In this document: positions 7,696 through 15,508 of the stretch, piece after piece
Layout of the letters: each line of letters starts with the position of its first letter
How positions within the stretch are numbered: position 1 is the stretch's first letter
IMG/VR virus record: IMGVR_UViG_3300010167_000010
Coordinates: 32,001 to 96,000 of that record
From: a virus
Lineage: Duplodnaviria > Caudoviricetes
Direction: 5' to 3' (one strand)
Length of the DNA: 64,000 nt
The notes under the pieces: model-generated
The model's database searches: none
Seen by the model: only the letters and a program-made list of their open reading frames with translations
Told to the model about the DNA's origin: nothing
Position numbers and translations under genes: made by a program

Positions 7696-7840
7696 GGGCA
7701 AGTAGCATATCGGCAAAGTTTGGGGGAGTGCAGGAGTGCACGCTGATCTCGTCCATTTGCTAAAATAGTCTTAATGCGCTCCTGTCAGCCATGTCGACAT
7801 TGGCGAGGTAGAGAACTTGGTGCAAACCCAAGCTGGTCCA
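7696..7840 (+). ncRNA. 145-nt tRNA-like RNA with Ala-type acceptor
   Basis: GGGCAAG/CTGGTCC-A (G3:U70, A73, one mismatch), T arm CTTGG-TGCAAAC-CCAAG, 11-bp internal helix GCAGGAGTGCA/TGCGCTCCTGT. Confidence 0.55.
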
Positions 7841-8027
7841 TTTTTAATTTATAAGAAGTAATTTACAGCTGGGAGCAGCCATATATCATCTAGTAAAATA
7901 TTACGTATTGGATAGCCGTATGATGAAAAAATGATATGGAATTACTGGTAAAACTTGCTATCTAAGGAAAGCATTTTACCGCAGAAGTGGTCGATATGTT
8001 ACTGCGAATTAAAAAACTAATCGATTG

Positions 8028-8099
8028 GGTTGTATAGTCTAGTGGTTAGGACGGGAGATTGTCAATCTCTTAGCGCGGGTTCAATTCCCGCTACGACCG
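8028..8099 (+). tRNA. tRNA-Asp(GTC)
   Basis: GGTTGTA/TACGACC, GGAGA-TTGTCAA-TCTCT, GCGGG-TTCAATT-CCCGC, G73. Confidence 0.92.
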
Positions 8100-8101
8100 A
8101 T

Positions 8102-8281
8102 AGTCGTGTAAACTGGAAATAGGAATGGGAAACACGACTTAAAATAATGGAACTGCCTTTCCAGTGCTGAAGGTTCCACCGTTCATGTTTGTTACCTCCC
8201 TTATAAAAACATGATACGGCATTCCGAGGTTTGGTGCCAAGCAACAAACTAGTAGGTGCAATGCAACTATGTATCGGAATG
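8102..8281 (+). ncRNA. Putative kissing-loop structured RNA
   Basis: Hairpins AGTCGTGT/ACACGACT and TGGAAC/GTTCCA have complementary loops ACTGGAAA/TTTCCAGT; two further hairpins follow. Confidence 0.5.
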
Positions 8282-8309
8282 GTTTCCAAATAAATAAAAA
8301 GGAAATTTT

Positions 8310-8525
8310 ATGAAAGATTTTTTAGAAACAATAGGAACAGCTTTTGCTTGCGCACTAATTCTTGTTATAGGTGTTCCTCTTATGATTGCACTTGCTATTA
8401 TTTGTATTGCAATATCACCGCTAATTTTAGCAGCTTATTTAATACAAGTTAAAATATTAGCTAAAAGTATTGATAAATTTACAAAAGTAATAAATAGTAA
8501 AATAGCCAGTAATAACAAGAGTTAG
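8310..8525 (+). CDS. Small membrane protein
   Basis: Long hydrophobic stretch; RBS AAGGA. Confidence 0.65.
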   Translation: MKDFLETIGTAFACALILVIGVPLMIALAIICIAISPLILAAYLIQVKILAKSIDKFTKVINSKIASNNKS

Positions 8526-8574
8526 CCCTTATCTCATAAGTAAGTGGAAGATGGAGCATTACCATCTATTGGCA
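8505..8574 (+). tRNA. Atypical tRNA(CAT) (Met or Ile2) overlapping the upstream ORF end
   Basis: GCCAGTA/TATTGGC, CTTAT-CTCATAA-GTAAG, GATGG-AGCATTA-CCATC; minimal D arm. Confidence 0.6.
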
Positions 8575-8579
8575 AACGA

Positions 8580-8649
8580 CGCAGGGAGAATGGGTATTCA
8601 AGTGAGTCTCATAAATTCACCTCTGCTGGTTCGACTCCAGCCCCTGTTA
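8580..8649 (+). tRNA. tRNA-Met(CAT), initiator-like
   Basis: CGCAGGG/CCCTGTT with 1:72 mismatch, TGAGT-CTCATAA-ATTCA, GCTGG-TTCGACT-CCAGC. Confidence 0.75.
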
Positions 8650-8650
8650 T

Positions 8651-8797
8651 ATGGAATGTAAACATAATTGGAAAGAAAAAGAAGAATATCCAAACAATGT
8701 AATTGAATGTACATTGTGTGGAGAAATTTGCAAATGTGAATATTTTATTGAAGTTGAACAAGACAATTTTGTATGTAGTGTTTGTGGGTTTAATTAA
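8651..8797 (+). CDS. Small Cys-rich zinc-ribbon protein, 48 aa
   Basis: CTLC, CKC, CSVC; stop abuts the next ATG. Confidence 0.55.
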   Translation: MECKHNWKEKEEYPNNVIECTLCGEICKCEYFIEVEQDNFVCSVCGFN

Positions 8798-9652
8798 ATG
8801 TTTGTAACTTTAAAAGATATGGAAGATATATATCGAAAATATACTGGAAATAGAAATTGTGTAATGGTAGAAATAACTCAAGAATGTAATTTTAATTGTC
8901 ATTTTTGTAATTATAATCATGAAGGAAAAGGAAAAATTTTAGATTTAAAATTATTTGAAGATTTCATGAGACCTTTAGAAGGTCAAGATATTGCAATAGT
9001 TTTATTTGGTGGAGAACCGACATTAGAAATGGAAATGTGTAAACAAACTATTGAAATGTGTAAAAAATATGGTTTTTTAACTTCAATGTTTTCTAATGGT
9101 TGGTGGGGGAAAAATGAAAAAGTACTAAAAGAAATAGAAGAAATAAATTTTGATTATATTTATATATCTACAGATAGACTTCATGCTGAATTTGTATCTG
9201 CAGATATTATAGAAAATATCTTTAGATATTTTGAACATAATCAAAATACTAGAATTTTAACTATTTCAGTATTTGATACTCAAGAAGGTGAAGCACAAAA
9301 TAAAGATTTAGATTTTTTACGGAATTTAAATTTTGATGGTGCAAAAATGGCTTTAGCATTAAATAATTATTTATTTGAAGAAGATATTCCACACGAATAT
9401 TGCATGACCGATGGTATATTATTTGAATATAATGGAATATTAAAACATTCTTGTCCATTAGGTGCACATGCTTGTACAATTGGACACGCAAGAGATTTAG
9501 ATGGTAAAGCAGTTTATAAAAATTTTATTAGACCTATAGAAAATAGACTAATGAAAAAATTATTAAATATTAATGATCATACTGAAATATCTAAAATAGA
9601 TTATGAGAAAGTAGATAAATTATTAAGACCAATTAATGCAGCATTGTGTTAA
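8798..9652 (+). CDS. Radical SAM protein
   Basis: CNFNCHFC (CxxxCxxC), GGEP, SNGWW motifs. Confidence 0.9.
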   Translation: MFVTLKDMEDIYRKYTGNRNCVMVEITQECNFNCHFCNYNHEGKGKILDLKLFEDFMRPLEGQDIAIVLFGGEPTLEMEMCKQTIEMCKKYGFLTSMFSNGWWGKNEKVLKEIEEINFDYIYISTDRLHAEFVSADIIENIFRYFEHNQNTRILTISVFDTQEGEAQNKDLDFLRNLNFDGAKMALALNNYLFEEDIPHEYCMTDGILFEYNGILKHSCPLGAHACTIGHARDLDGKAVYKNFIRPIENRLMKKLLNINDHTEISKIDYEKVDKLLRPINAALC

Positions 9653-9658
9653 TTATTA

Positions 9659-9730
9659 GCCCGGTTCGCTTAATGGATAAAGCCTGTGCCTTCTAAGCAC
9701 ATTCTGGGGGTTCGATTCCCTCACCGGGTA
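9659..9730 (+). tRNA. tRNA-Arg(TCT)
   Basis: GCCCGGT/ACCGGGT, TGTGC-CTTCTAA-GCACA, GGTTCGATTCC. Confidence 0.93.
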
Positions 9731-9899
9731 ACTTCTTTTCTGAGAAAAATGTCATTATTCTTTAAGCCTGGAGAGGTTGAATAATGAAGATATGCTTCGT
9801 GCATACTCAGTTTAATGAGGGATCACAAATGATAAAGAAGTAGTCAGTCGTGCCCTAGACGAAAAACAACGGAAAACCAGTGAGTGGTAAAAACCGTAT

Positions 9900-9971
9900 G
9901 ATTCTATAGTGTAATAGATAGCACTACAGTCTTCGAAACTGTAAGTAGGGGTGCAAATCCTCTTAGAATCA
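9900..9971 (+). tRNA. tRNA-Arg(TCG)
   Basis: GATTCTA/TAGAATC, ACAGT-CTTCGAA-ACTGT. Confidence 0.87.
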
Positions 9972-10070
9972 TTATGAGAGAAGAAACTAAACTAAAAGTA
10001 ATGTTAGTATTTTGGCCTTGGATAACTATTTATTATTTATTCAGAACTTTAGTACTTTTCATTAATAAGC

Positions 10071-10142
10071 AATCGCGTCGTTCAACGGATAGGACACAAC
10101 ACTGCGAATGTTGAAATGATGGTTCAATTCCATCCGTGATTA
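10071..10142 (+). tRNA. tRNA-Arg(GCG)
   Basis: AATCGCG/CGTGATT, CAACA-CTGCGAA-TGTTG, GATGG-TTCAATT-CCATC. Confidence 0.88.
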
Positions 10143-10145
10143 TAA

Positions 10146-10307
10146 ATGTATAAACAATGTGTTAAATGTAGTAACTGGGAAGAAGTTACTGAAAAATGTT
10201 GTTCTGTTTGTAACAGGATGCATTTTAGAAATGAGAAAGAAGCAGAAGATGCTTTAGCTAAAGAATACTATTATTTTGTAATTAAAAGAAAAAAACGTAA
10301 GAGTTAA
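10146..10307 (+). CDS. Small Cys-rich protein, 53 aa
   Basis: CVKC and CSVC; ATG 10146 to TAA 10307. Confidence 0.5.
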   Translation: MYKQCVKCSNWEEVTEKCCSVCNRMHFRNEKEAEDALAKEYYYFVIKRKKRKS

Positions 10308-10317
10308 TATATTTCTA

Positions 10318-10674
10318 ATGGTTAAAAAATACTTGCTTTACTTAGGTCGCTGGCAACTTAGTACACCAATTTTAGCCGGAGTACTTATCATAATGTCTGG
10401 ATTTAATCCAACATTTGCAACCATAATTGCCAATTTTATTGGAGGTTTAATTTTCTTTTGGATAGATAAGTTTATTTTTAGAACTGTATCTAAGAATCCA
10501 TTATGGGAAATTAAAGATGAAAATGTTTGTGCTGATTGTGGAAAAATAGGAATTGGTTATCGTATAGTTGAATGGCGAGGGTATAACAGAAGAAAAAATA
10601 AAGACCCTCAATTTAGATGTGAAAGTTGTAGAATATTAAAACTACAATCTATAAAAAAGAAGGAAAAATACTGA
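10318..10674 (+). CDS. Membrane protein with C-terminal zinc ribbon
   Basis: Two TM segments followed by CADC..CESC. Confidence 0.65.
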   Translation: MVKKYLLYLGRWQLSTPILAGVLIIMSGFNPTFATIIANFIGGLIFFWIDKFIFRTVSKNPLWEIKDENVCADCGKIGIGYRIVEWRGYNRRKNKDPQFRCESCRILKLQSIKKKEKY

Positions 10675-10733
10675 TACATGTTTTAATGACCGTGAGTCAG
10701 TGTTAATATAATAAAATATTAAGGAGAAACACA

Positions 10734-12212
10734 ATGATTAATGCTATCCAAAAAGAGATAAAGAATCAAGAAAAAAACGAGTTAATGCGATCAGAAAATG
10801 GTGCATTTATGTTTAAAACTTCGGGGCAAAATTTGCTCGATATGAATTTCCGTGTAGCGAGCTATCGCGGAGCTTCTGAAAATAAAATATTAAGTGATTG
10901 GAAAAAGGCTTTTGCTGATGATCCAGAACTTGCTGTAAAGTGGTTGTTTTATGTGAGAGATGTGCGAGAAGGTTTAGGTGAAAGAGATACTTTCAGAAAA
11001 ATTGCAAATTATCTTTCAGGTACTGAAGATAGATTCGTAAAATTAATTAATCAAATACCAGAGTTTGGTAGATGGGATGACCTTTTTTCAGTTTATGGTT
11101 CTAATAAGAAAGCTGTATGTGGGCTCATATCTGCACAACTTAATTTAGATAAGAAAAATATGAAAGAAAATAAGTCAATTTCTCTTTTAGCTAAGTGGCT
11201 TCCATCTGTAAATACATCTTCAAAAGGAAAAAGAAATCTTGCAAGGGAGATAGCAAAAGAATTATGTTTAACAGAAAGAAATTATAGAAAGACTTTAGCA
11301 GAACTTAGAGATTATCTTGACGTAATCGAAGTAAAGACATCTGGCGGAAAGTGGAATGAGATTAATTATGAAGCAGTTCCATCACAAGCGAATTTAAAAT
11401 ATCGTACAGCATTTTTCAAGCATGACGAAGAAAGACGAAGAGAATTTTTATCAAAACTTGAAAAAGGTGAAACAAAGATAAATGCTGGAACTACATTTCC
11501 ACATGATATTGTATCACGTGTAGCTAGATTAAGTAAAACAGATGCAGCATTAGAAGCAATGTGGAAAGCTTTACCATCATACGGTGTTGAAAACACTTTA
11601 GTTGTTGCAGATGGTTCAGGCTCAATGACATCTAGTATCCCAGGTACAAATTCTTCAGCTTTAGATGTTGCAAATGCGCTCGCTATTTATTGTGCTGAAC
11701 ATAATTCTGGTGAGTTCAGAGATAAGTACATCACTTTTTCAGAGAATCCACGTTTTGTCGATTTTAGCAAGTGCACAACTTTACTTCAAAAGATTCAGAC
11801 AGCTATGTCTCATAACGAAGTAGCAAATACAGATATTTATAGAGTGTTCAAACTCGTATTAAATACAGCTGTAAAGAATAATATGAAGCAAGAAGATTTT
11901 GTAAAGAATATTCTTGTTATTAGTGATATGGAGTTCGATCAAGGTACAAGTAATGCTTCTGAAAGTTTGTTTACTAAAATAGCAAAAGAATATGCAGACG
12001 CTGGATATGATTTACCACGTTTAATTTTCTGGAATGTAAATAGCCGAACAGGCGCAGTTCCAGTAAATCAGAACAAGTTAGGAGTAGCTCTGGTATCAGG
12101 TTTTAGTGTACACATCGCAAAGATGGTTATGAGTGGACAACTTTGCCCATTTGAAGCATTGAAAGAAGTCTTAATGGGTGAACGATATAAGGAGATTACT
12201 TTAGGGGGTTAA
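10734..12212 (+). CDS. DUF2828-family TROVE/Ro60-like protein with C-terminal vWA domain
   Basis: RDVREGLGER, GRWDDL, LAKWLPS helical region; MIDAS VADGSGSM, NTD, ISDMEFD, IFWNV, VSGFS. Confidence 0.85.
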   Translation: MINAIQKEIKNQEKNELMRSENGAFMFKTSGQNLLDMNFRVASYRGASENKILSDWKKAFADDPELAVKWLFYVRDVREGLGERDTFRKIANYLSGTEDRFVKLINQIPEFGRWDDLFSVYGSNKKAVCGLISAQLNLDKKNMKENKSISLLAKWLPSVNTSSKGKRNLAREIAKELCLTERNYRKTLAELRDYLDVIEVKTSGGKWNEINYEAVPSQANLKYRTAFFKHDEERRREFLSKLEKGETKINAGTTFPHDIVSRVARLSKTDAALEAMWKALPSYGVENTLVVADGSGSMTSSIPGTNSSALDVANALAIYCAEHNSGEFRDKYITFSENPRFVDFSKCTTLLQKIQTAMSHNEVANTDIYRVFKLVLNTAVKNNMKQEDFVKNILVISDMEFDQGTSNASESLFTKIAKEYADAGYDLPRLIFWNVNSRTGAVPVNQNKLGVALVSGFSVHIAKMVMSGQLCPFEALKEVLMGERYKEITLGG

Positions 12213-12227
12213 TATAACTAAATAAAT

Positions 12228-12247
12228 ACGGGAAAATATTTTCCCGT
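12228..12247 (+). terminator. Hairpin after the DUF2828 gene (terminator or processing signal)
   Basis: ACGGGAAAA-TA-TTTTCCCGT palindrome followed by TTATT. Confidence 0.4.
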
Positions 12248-12256
12248 TTATTCACT

Positions 12257-12400
12257 AAGGCGGGTTCTGCAAACCATACAAAAATCAGGATGCTGCCAAA
12301 CAAACAGTCGTCCAAATTTTGGGCGCAAAAGTAATTGTTTGGCTAGACTTTTTTGGAGTTTTTAAAGTCAATAAACTTTATAAATGACCAAGACCGTCTT
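12257..12400 (+). ncRNA. CWGCAA array unit 1
   Basis: AAGGCGG/CCGTCTT closing stem, CTGCAA at 12267, internal GCCAAACAA/TTGTTTGGC helix. Confidence 0.7.
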
Positions 12401-12444
12401 GTTTATTAAAATAAGCCGCTGACGGGCGGTGAAATATATTATGT

Positions 12445-12539
12445 TAGGTGCGTTAACAGCAAAAACTACTTAAAAATCAATTTGGTAGATTTGTCTTTTG
12501 GAGGTTTAGACGTTAAAGAAAATTGCCACCACGCATCTA
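12445..12539 (+). ncRNA. CWGCAA array unit 2
   Basis: TAGGTGCGT/ACGCATCTA stem, CAGCAA at 12457. Confidence 0.75.
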
Positions 12540-12557
12540 GTTTTTATTTTATTATTC

Positions 12558-12610
12558 CGATGCATACAGCAATTCAAACATACACTTAAAATGTAATTAA
12601 AAGTGCATCG
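12558..12610 (+). ncRNA. CWGCAA array unit 3 (UAA anticodon-like loop)
   Basis: CGATGCA/TGCATCG stem, CAGCAA at 12567, TACA-CTTAAAA-TGTA. Confidence 0.75.
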
Positions 12611-12658
12611 TGTTTATTTTAGATAATGATAAACGACGGTTTATCATAAATTATAATT

Positions 12659-12760
12659 TAGGCGCTAACTGCAAATTAAAAAAGGTTAATAAAATTTCTT
12701 AAACAATTTTTAGTTGGTTCGATCCCGACAACGTAGAAATACGTGATTCTAACGCGTCTA
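12659..12760 (+). ncRNA. CWGCAA array unit 4 (contains a T arm)
   Basis: TAGGCGC/GCGTCTA stem, CTGCAA at 12669, GTTGG-TTCGATC-CCGAC. Confidence 0.75.
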
Positions 12761-12812
12761 GTTTTTATTTAATATGAAGGCCTTCTTAATCATTGTGTGG
12801 CCAACATATAAA

Positions 12813-12879
12813 AAGGTTCAAGCAGCAATTTAAACTTATAAATTATCTGTTAAATGATTATTGTTAAAATACGAATCTT
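12813..12879 (+). ncRNA. CWGCAA array unit 5 (GUU anticodon-like loop)
   Basis: AAGGTTC/GAATCTT stem, CAGCAA at 12823, AATTAT-CTGTTAA-ATGATT. Confidence 0.7.
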
Positions 12880-12880
12880 G

Positions 12881-12905
12881 GCTCCCTTCGGGGAGCATTT
12901 TTTTT
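12881..12905 (+). terminator. Rho-independent terminator closing the array
   Basis: GCTCCC-TTCG-GGGAGC followed by a T tract. Confidence 0.9.
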
Positions 12906-12988
12906 CTCATGTTAATATATAAATAATAATCAATAGTTTGATTCTTCTTACAAAATAGACAGCTTTAAATTACATAATAAGGAGAATT

Positions 12989-13741
12989 ATGAAACCAATA
13001 AAATATGAAAATGAAGCCAGGGCGCCGATAGTTTTTTCTGATGAGGGTGCTGTCTGGCATGGTGAATTAAAATTTAAACCAGAAATAGAACAAGAACTTT
13101 TTTTAAAACAAGAAAAATTTTATAAAGAAAAAAATGAAAATAAACGACAACTTATTTGGAGAGATATGTTTACTCTTGTCCAAAAATATTCTAAATCTTT
13201 AATACTTAAAAAAATAAAAGGTAGACGATATGTTGAGCCTGATGAAGTAGACGATCAGGCTACTCAAACAGCTTTATCATTTATGAGTCAATATATTTAT
13301 AGACCGGGTTACCATGTTGGTGCATCATTTGCTGGTATGATAAATCCAAAAGTATTAGAAACTTTATATAAACATTCTAAAGAGGATTCTCATTATTCTT
13401 TAAACAGCATATTAGGAGATACAAATCTCGAATTAGAAGATATGCAAGAAAGAATTGGTTTTGAATCTATATATGGAAATAATTTTGAAAATCCCGGCGA
13501 TTTTATAAATAGAATATCATTAAAAGATACGCTCAATGGAATAATTAAAGAGTTTTGTAAAGAAGTTAAAAATGAAACATTTAGATTTAAATTAATGCTT
13601 TATATTCAGATTCTATTACGAAAACCTAAAAATAAACATACTCGACCAATGTTTTTTAAATACATAACTCCTAATAAAAAAGAATACGATTTAATACATT
13701 TATTTGAATATGAATTACAGAAGAGACTGAGCAATAATTAG
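12989..13741 (+). CDS. Hypothetical protein, possibly a divergent sigma-factor-like protein
   Basis: Weak region-2-like pattern (DEVDDQATQTALSF..Y....GASFAG); sits before the late genes. Confidence 0.35.
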   Translation: MKPIKYENEARAPIVFSDEGAVWHGELKFKPEIEQELFLKQEKFYKEKNENKRQLIWRDMFTLVQKYSKSLILKKIKGRRYVEPDEVDDQATQTALSFMSQYIYRPGYHVGASFAGMINPKVLETLYKHSKEDSHYSLNSILGDTNLELEDMQERIGFESIYGNNFENPGDFINRISLKDTLNGIIKEFCKEVKNETFRFKLMLYIQILLRKPKNKHTRPMFFKYITPNKKEYDLIHLFEYELQKRLSNN

Positions 13742-13756
13742 TACTTACTAATTATT

Positions 13757-15508
13757 ATGATAACAAATTCTTCAGATTTAGTAAAGGCCCACCCTAATCC
13801 TAATATTACTCCCCCACAAGCTGAAGAAGGGAGATATGTTCTCCCAATGTTTATAAATAATGAAATAGAAAATAGATTCGTTTACGGAATATATGGTTAC
13901 GAATATCATTTGGGAGAACCATCTAATAATGTAGAAATACCAGAACCCCAAAGTAGATATAAAGTACAAACTAGAAGAGCAATTGATTTAAATTTAAAAT
14001 CTCAACCACATGGAATATTAGGAAGCTTTTTAGCAACTAAAGATACGTCAAATGAAAAAGAAGGTGGATTCTTCCAGAATGCTATCTCAAGCGGTACTTG
14101 GAAAACTACATTAGAAAGATGGAATAGAGAAAATTTAGCTATAGTTCCTGCATTTATTAGAGGTATAGAAAACTTAGATGATTTTAAAGATAATGCAAAA
14201 GACTCTTGGAATCAATTTACAGAAGGTCTTGGTGGTATGGGAAGTTCTATTGCTGATTTAGCAAAAAGATCGTTAGATTTAGTATTAGCAGATATGTGGG
14301 GTCCAGCTAGAAGTTTTAGAAAAACACCAAAAGAAAAAGCTATCCCTAGACCAATGGAAGAATTTCTTAATTTATTTAGAGAGAAAAAAGTTACTAGTCA
14401 AGATTTGATAGATTTTGAACTTTATAAAAAAAGCGAAGTTGTGCCGGAACATTTTTGGATTCCGTGGGGTTCAGATACTGTATTTGAAAGATTAAATCCA
14501 ATAAGAGGTTCATTTCGTAGGACAGAACAAAATATTCATAAACCACACCCCCAACGTAACAGAAGAGGTTTTTCTCCTCCAGAAATGATACAAAATATTG
14601 GTGCTGACTTTCTTCAACATAAATTTGATGCATTTTTTATTTGGAATTTTATGGAAGAAGATCAGATAGAAATGGACCAAGCAATTGAAAACGCTAAATG
14701 GTTAACACCTTATGAAAAACATATTTTAAGTAGAAGCGGGTTTGCAGTTAGAGTTGGTCAAATTACTGTGCCGCATATAATTAATGAAGAGTTTACTTTA
14801 CAATTTTTACAAACAGAAATTAAAAAAATAAAATCTACAAAAGAAATAAATAATCAATCTACATTCTCTATAAGAATGGATCAAAATCTTATTTGGTTAA
14901 ATCAAATAAACGAATTTGCCGGAAGAAAAAATAGTGTTGATGAAACAATATTATTAAAAGCTGATGTACATCCTTATATTAAAGCAGCTGAAAAAAATAA
15001 AAACTTAGAATGGCGATATGCATTAAAAACTATTGCAAAATCATGGCCGTTTCATGAGAGCGGTATTCCTAAAAGAATTAAAAAATCAGAATTATGTTTA
15101 ATAATAAAAATGGTTCATTTATCTAATTGGATTCAACCATCTTATCAACAAGATAATTTACCTTGGTTTGTATTTGAAAATGTACGGATATTAGGAACAT
15201 CTGATAAAATAACTTATAATAGAGAAGGTAATGATATATTAAATATGAATGTAAATTTTATATTTAGAAGATGTTATCAAATAAATCAGGGATTTATGAG
15301 ATCAGCACCAAATAGAAATCTTCCAATTAGAGATAATACTAATTCAGTTTTAGAAATTTCAAGAAACACAGATTTTATCGCTAATACTAGAAGAATCGTT
15401 GGTATACCACAAATACCTGCTTATGGAAAAATGTTTGATTGGAGAAATAGAGATCCTAATACTTTTAGAATAATGAGCGAAAGTCCAGCCATTAAGGGTA
15501 ATATATGA
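13757..15508 (+). CDS. Virion protein with C-terminal tail-tube-like (gp19/gp48/gp54) fold
   Basis: RVGQITVP, F.IRMD, FENV.ILG..ITYN, VNFIFRR pattern; late motif upstream. Confidence 0.5.
   Translation: MITNSSDLVKAHPNPNITPPQAEEGRYVLPMFINNEIENRFVYGIYGYEYHLGEPSNNVEIPEPQSRYKVQTRRAIDLNLKSQPHGILGSFLATKDTSNEKEGGFFQNAISSGTWKTTLERWNRENLAIVPAFIRGIENLDDFKDNAKDSWNQFTEGLGGMGSSIADLAKRSLDLVLADMWGPARSFRKTPKEKAIPRPMEEFLNLFREKKVTSQDLIDFELYKKSEVVPEHFWIPWGSDTVFERLNPIRGSFRRTEQNIHKPHPQRNRRGFSPPEMIQNIGADFLQHKFDAFFIWNFMEEDQIEMDQAIENAKWLTPYEKHILSRSGFAVRVGQITVPHIINEEFTLQFLQTEIKKIKSTKEINNQSTFSIRMDQNLIWLNQINEFAGRKNSVDETILLKADVHPYIKAAEKNKNLEWRYALKTIAKSWPFHESGIPKRIKKSELCLIIKMVHLSNWIQPSYQQDNLPWFVFENVRILGTSDKITYNREGNDILNMNVNFIFRRCYQINQGFMRSAPNRNLPIRDNTNSVLEISRNTDFIANTRRIVGIPQIPAYGKMFDWRNRDPNTFRIMSESPAIKGNI

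Noticed and set aside
6634-8289. Short ORFs in the track (6634, 6917, 7165, 7310, 7328, 8062)
   Set aside because: They overlap tRNAs or structured RNA, lack an RBS and have atypical composition
12257-12879. CRISPR array
   Set aside because: No identical direct repeats or constant spacer length; conservation is structural plus a 6-nt motif, and no cas genes are present
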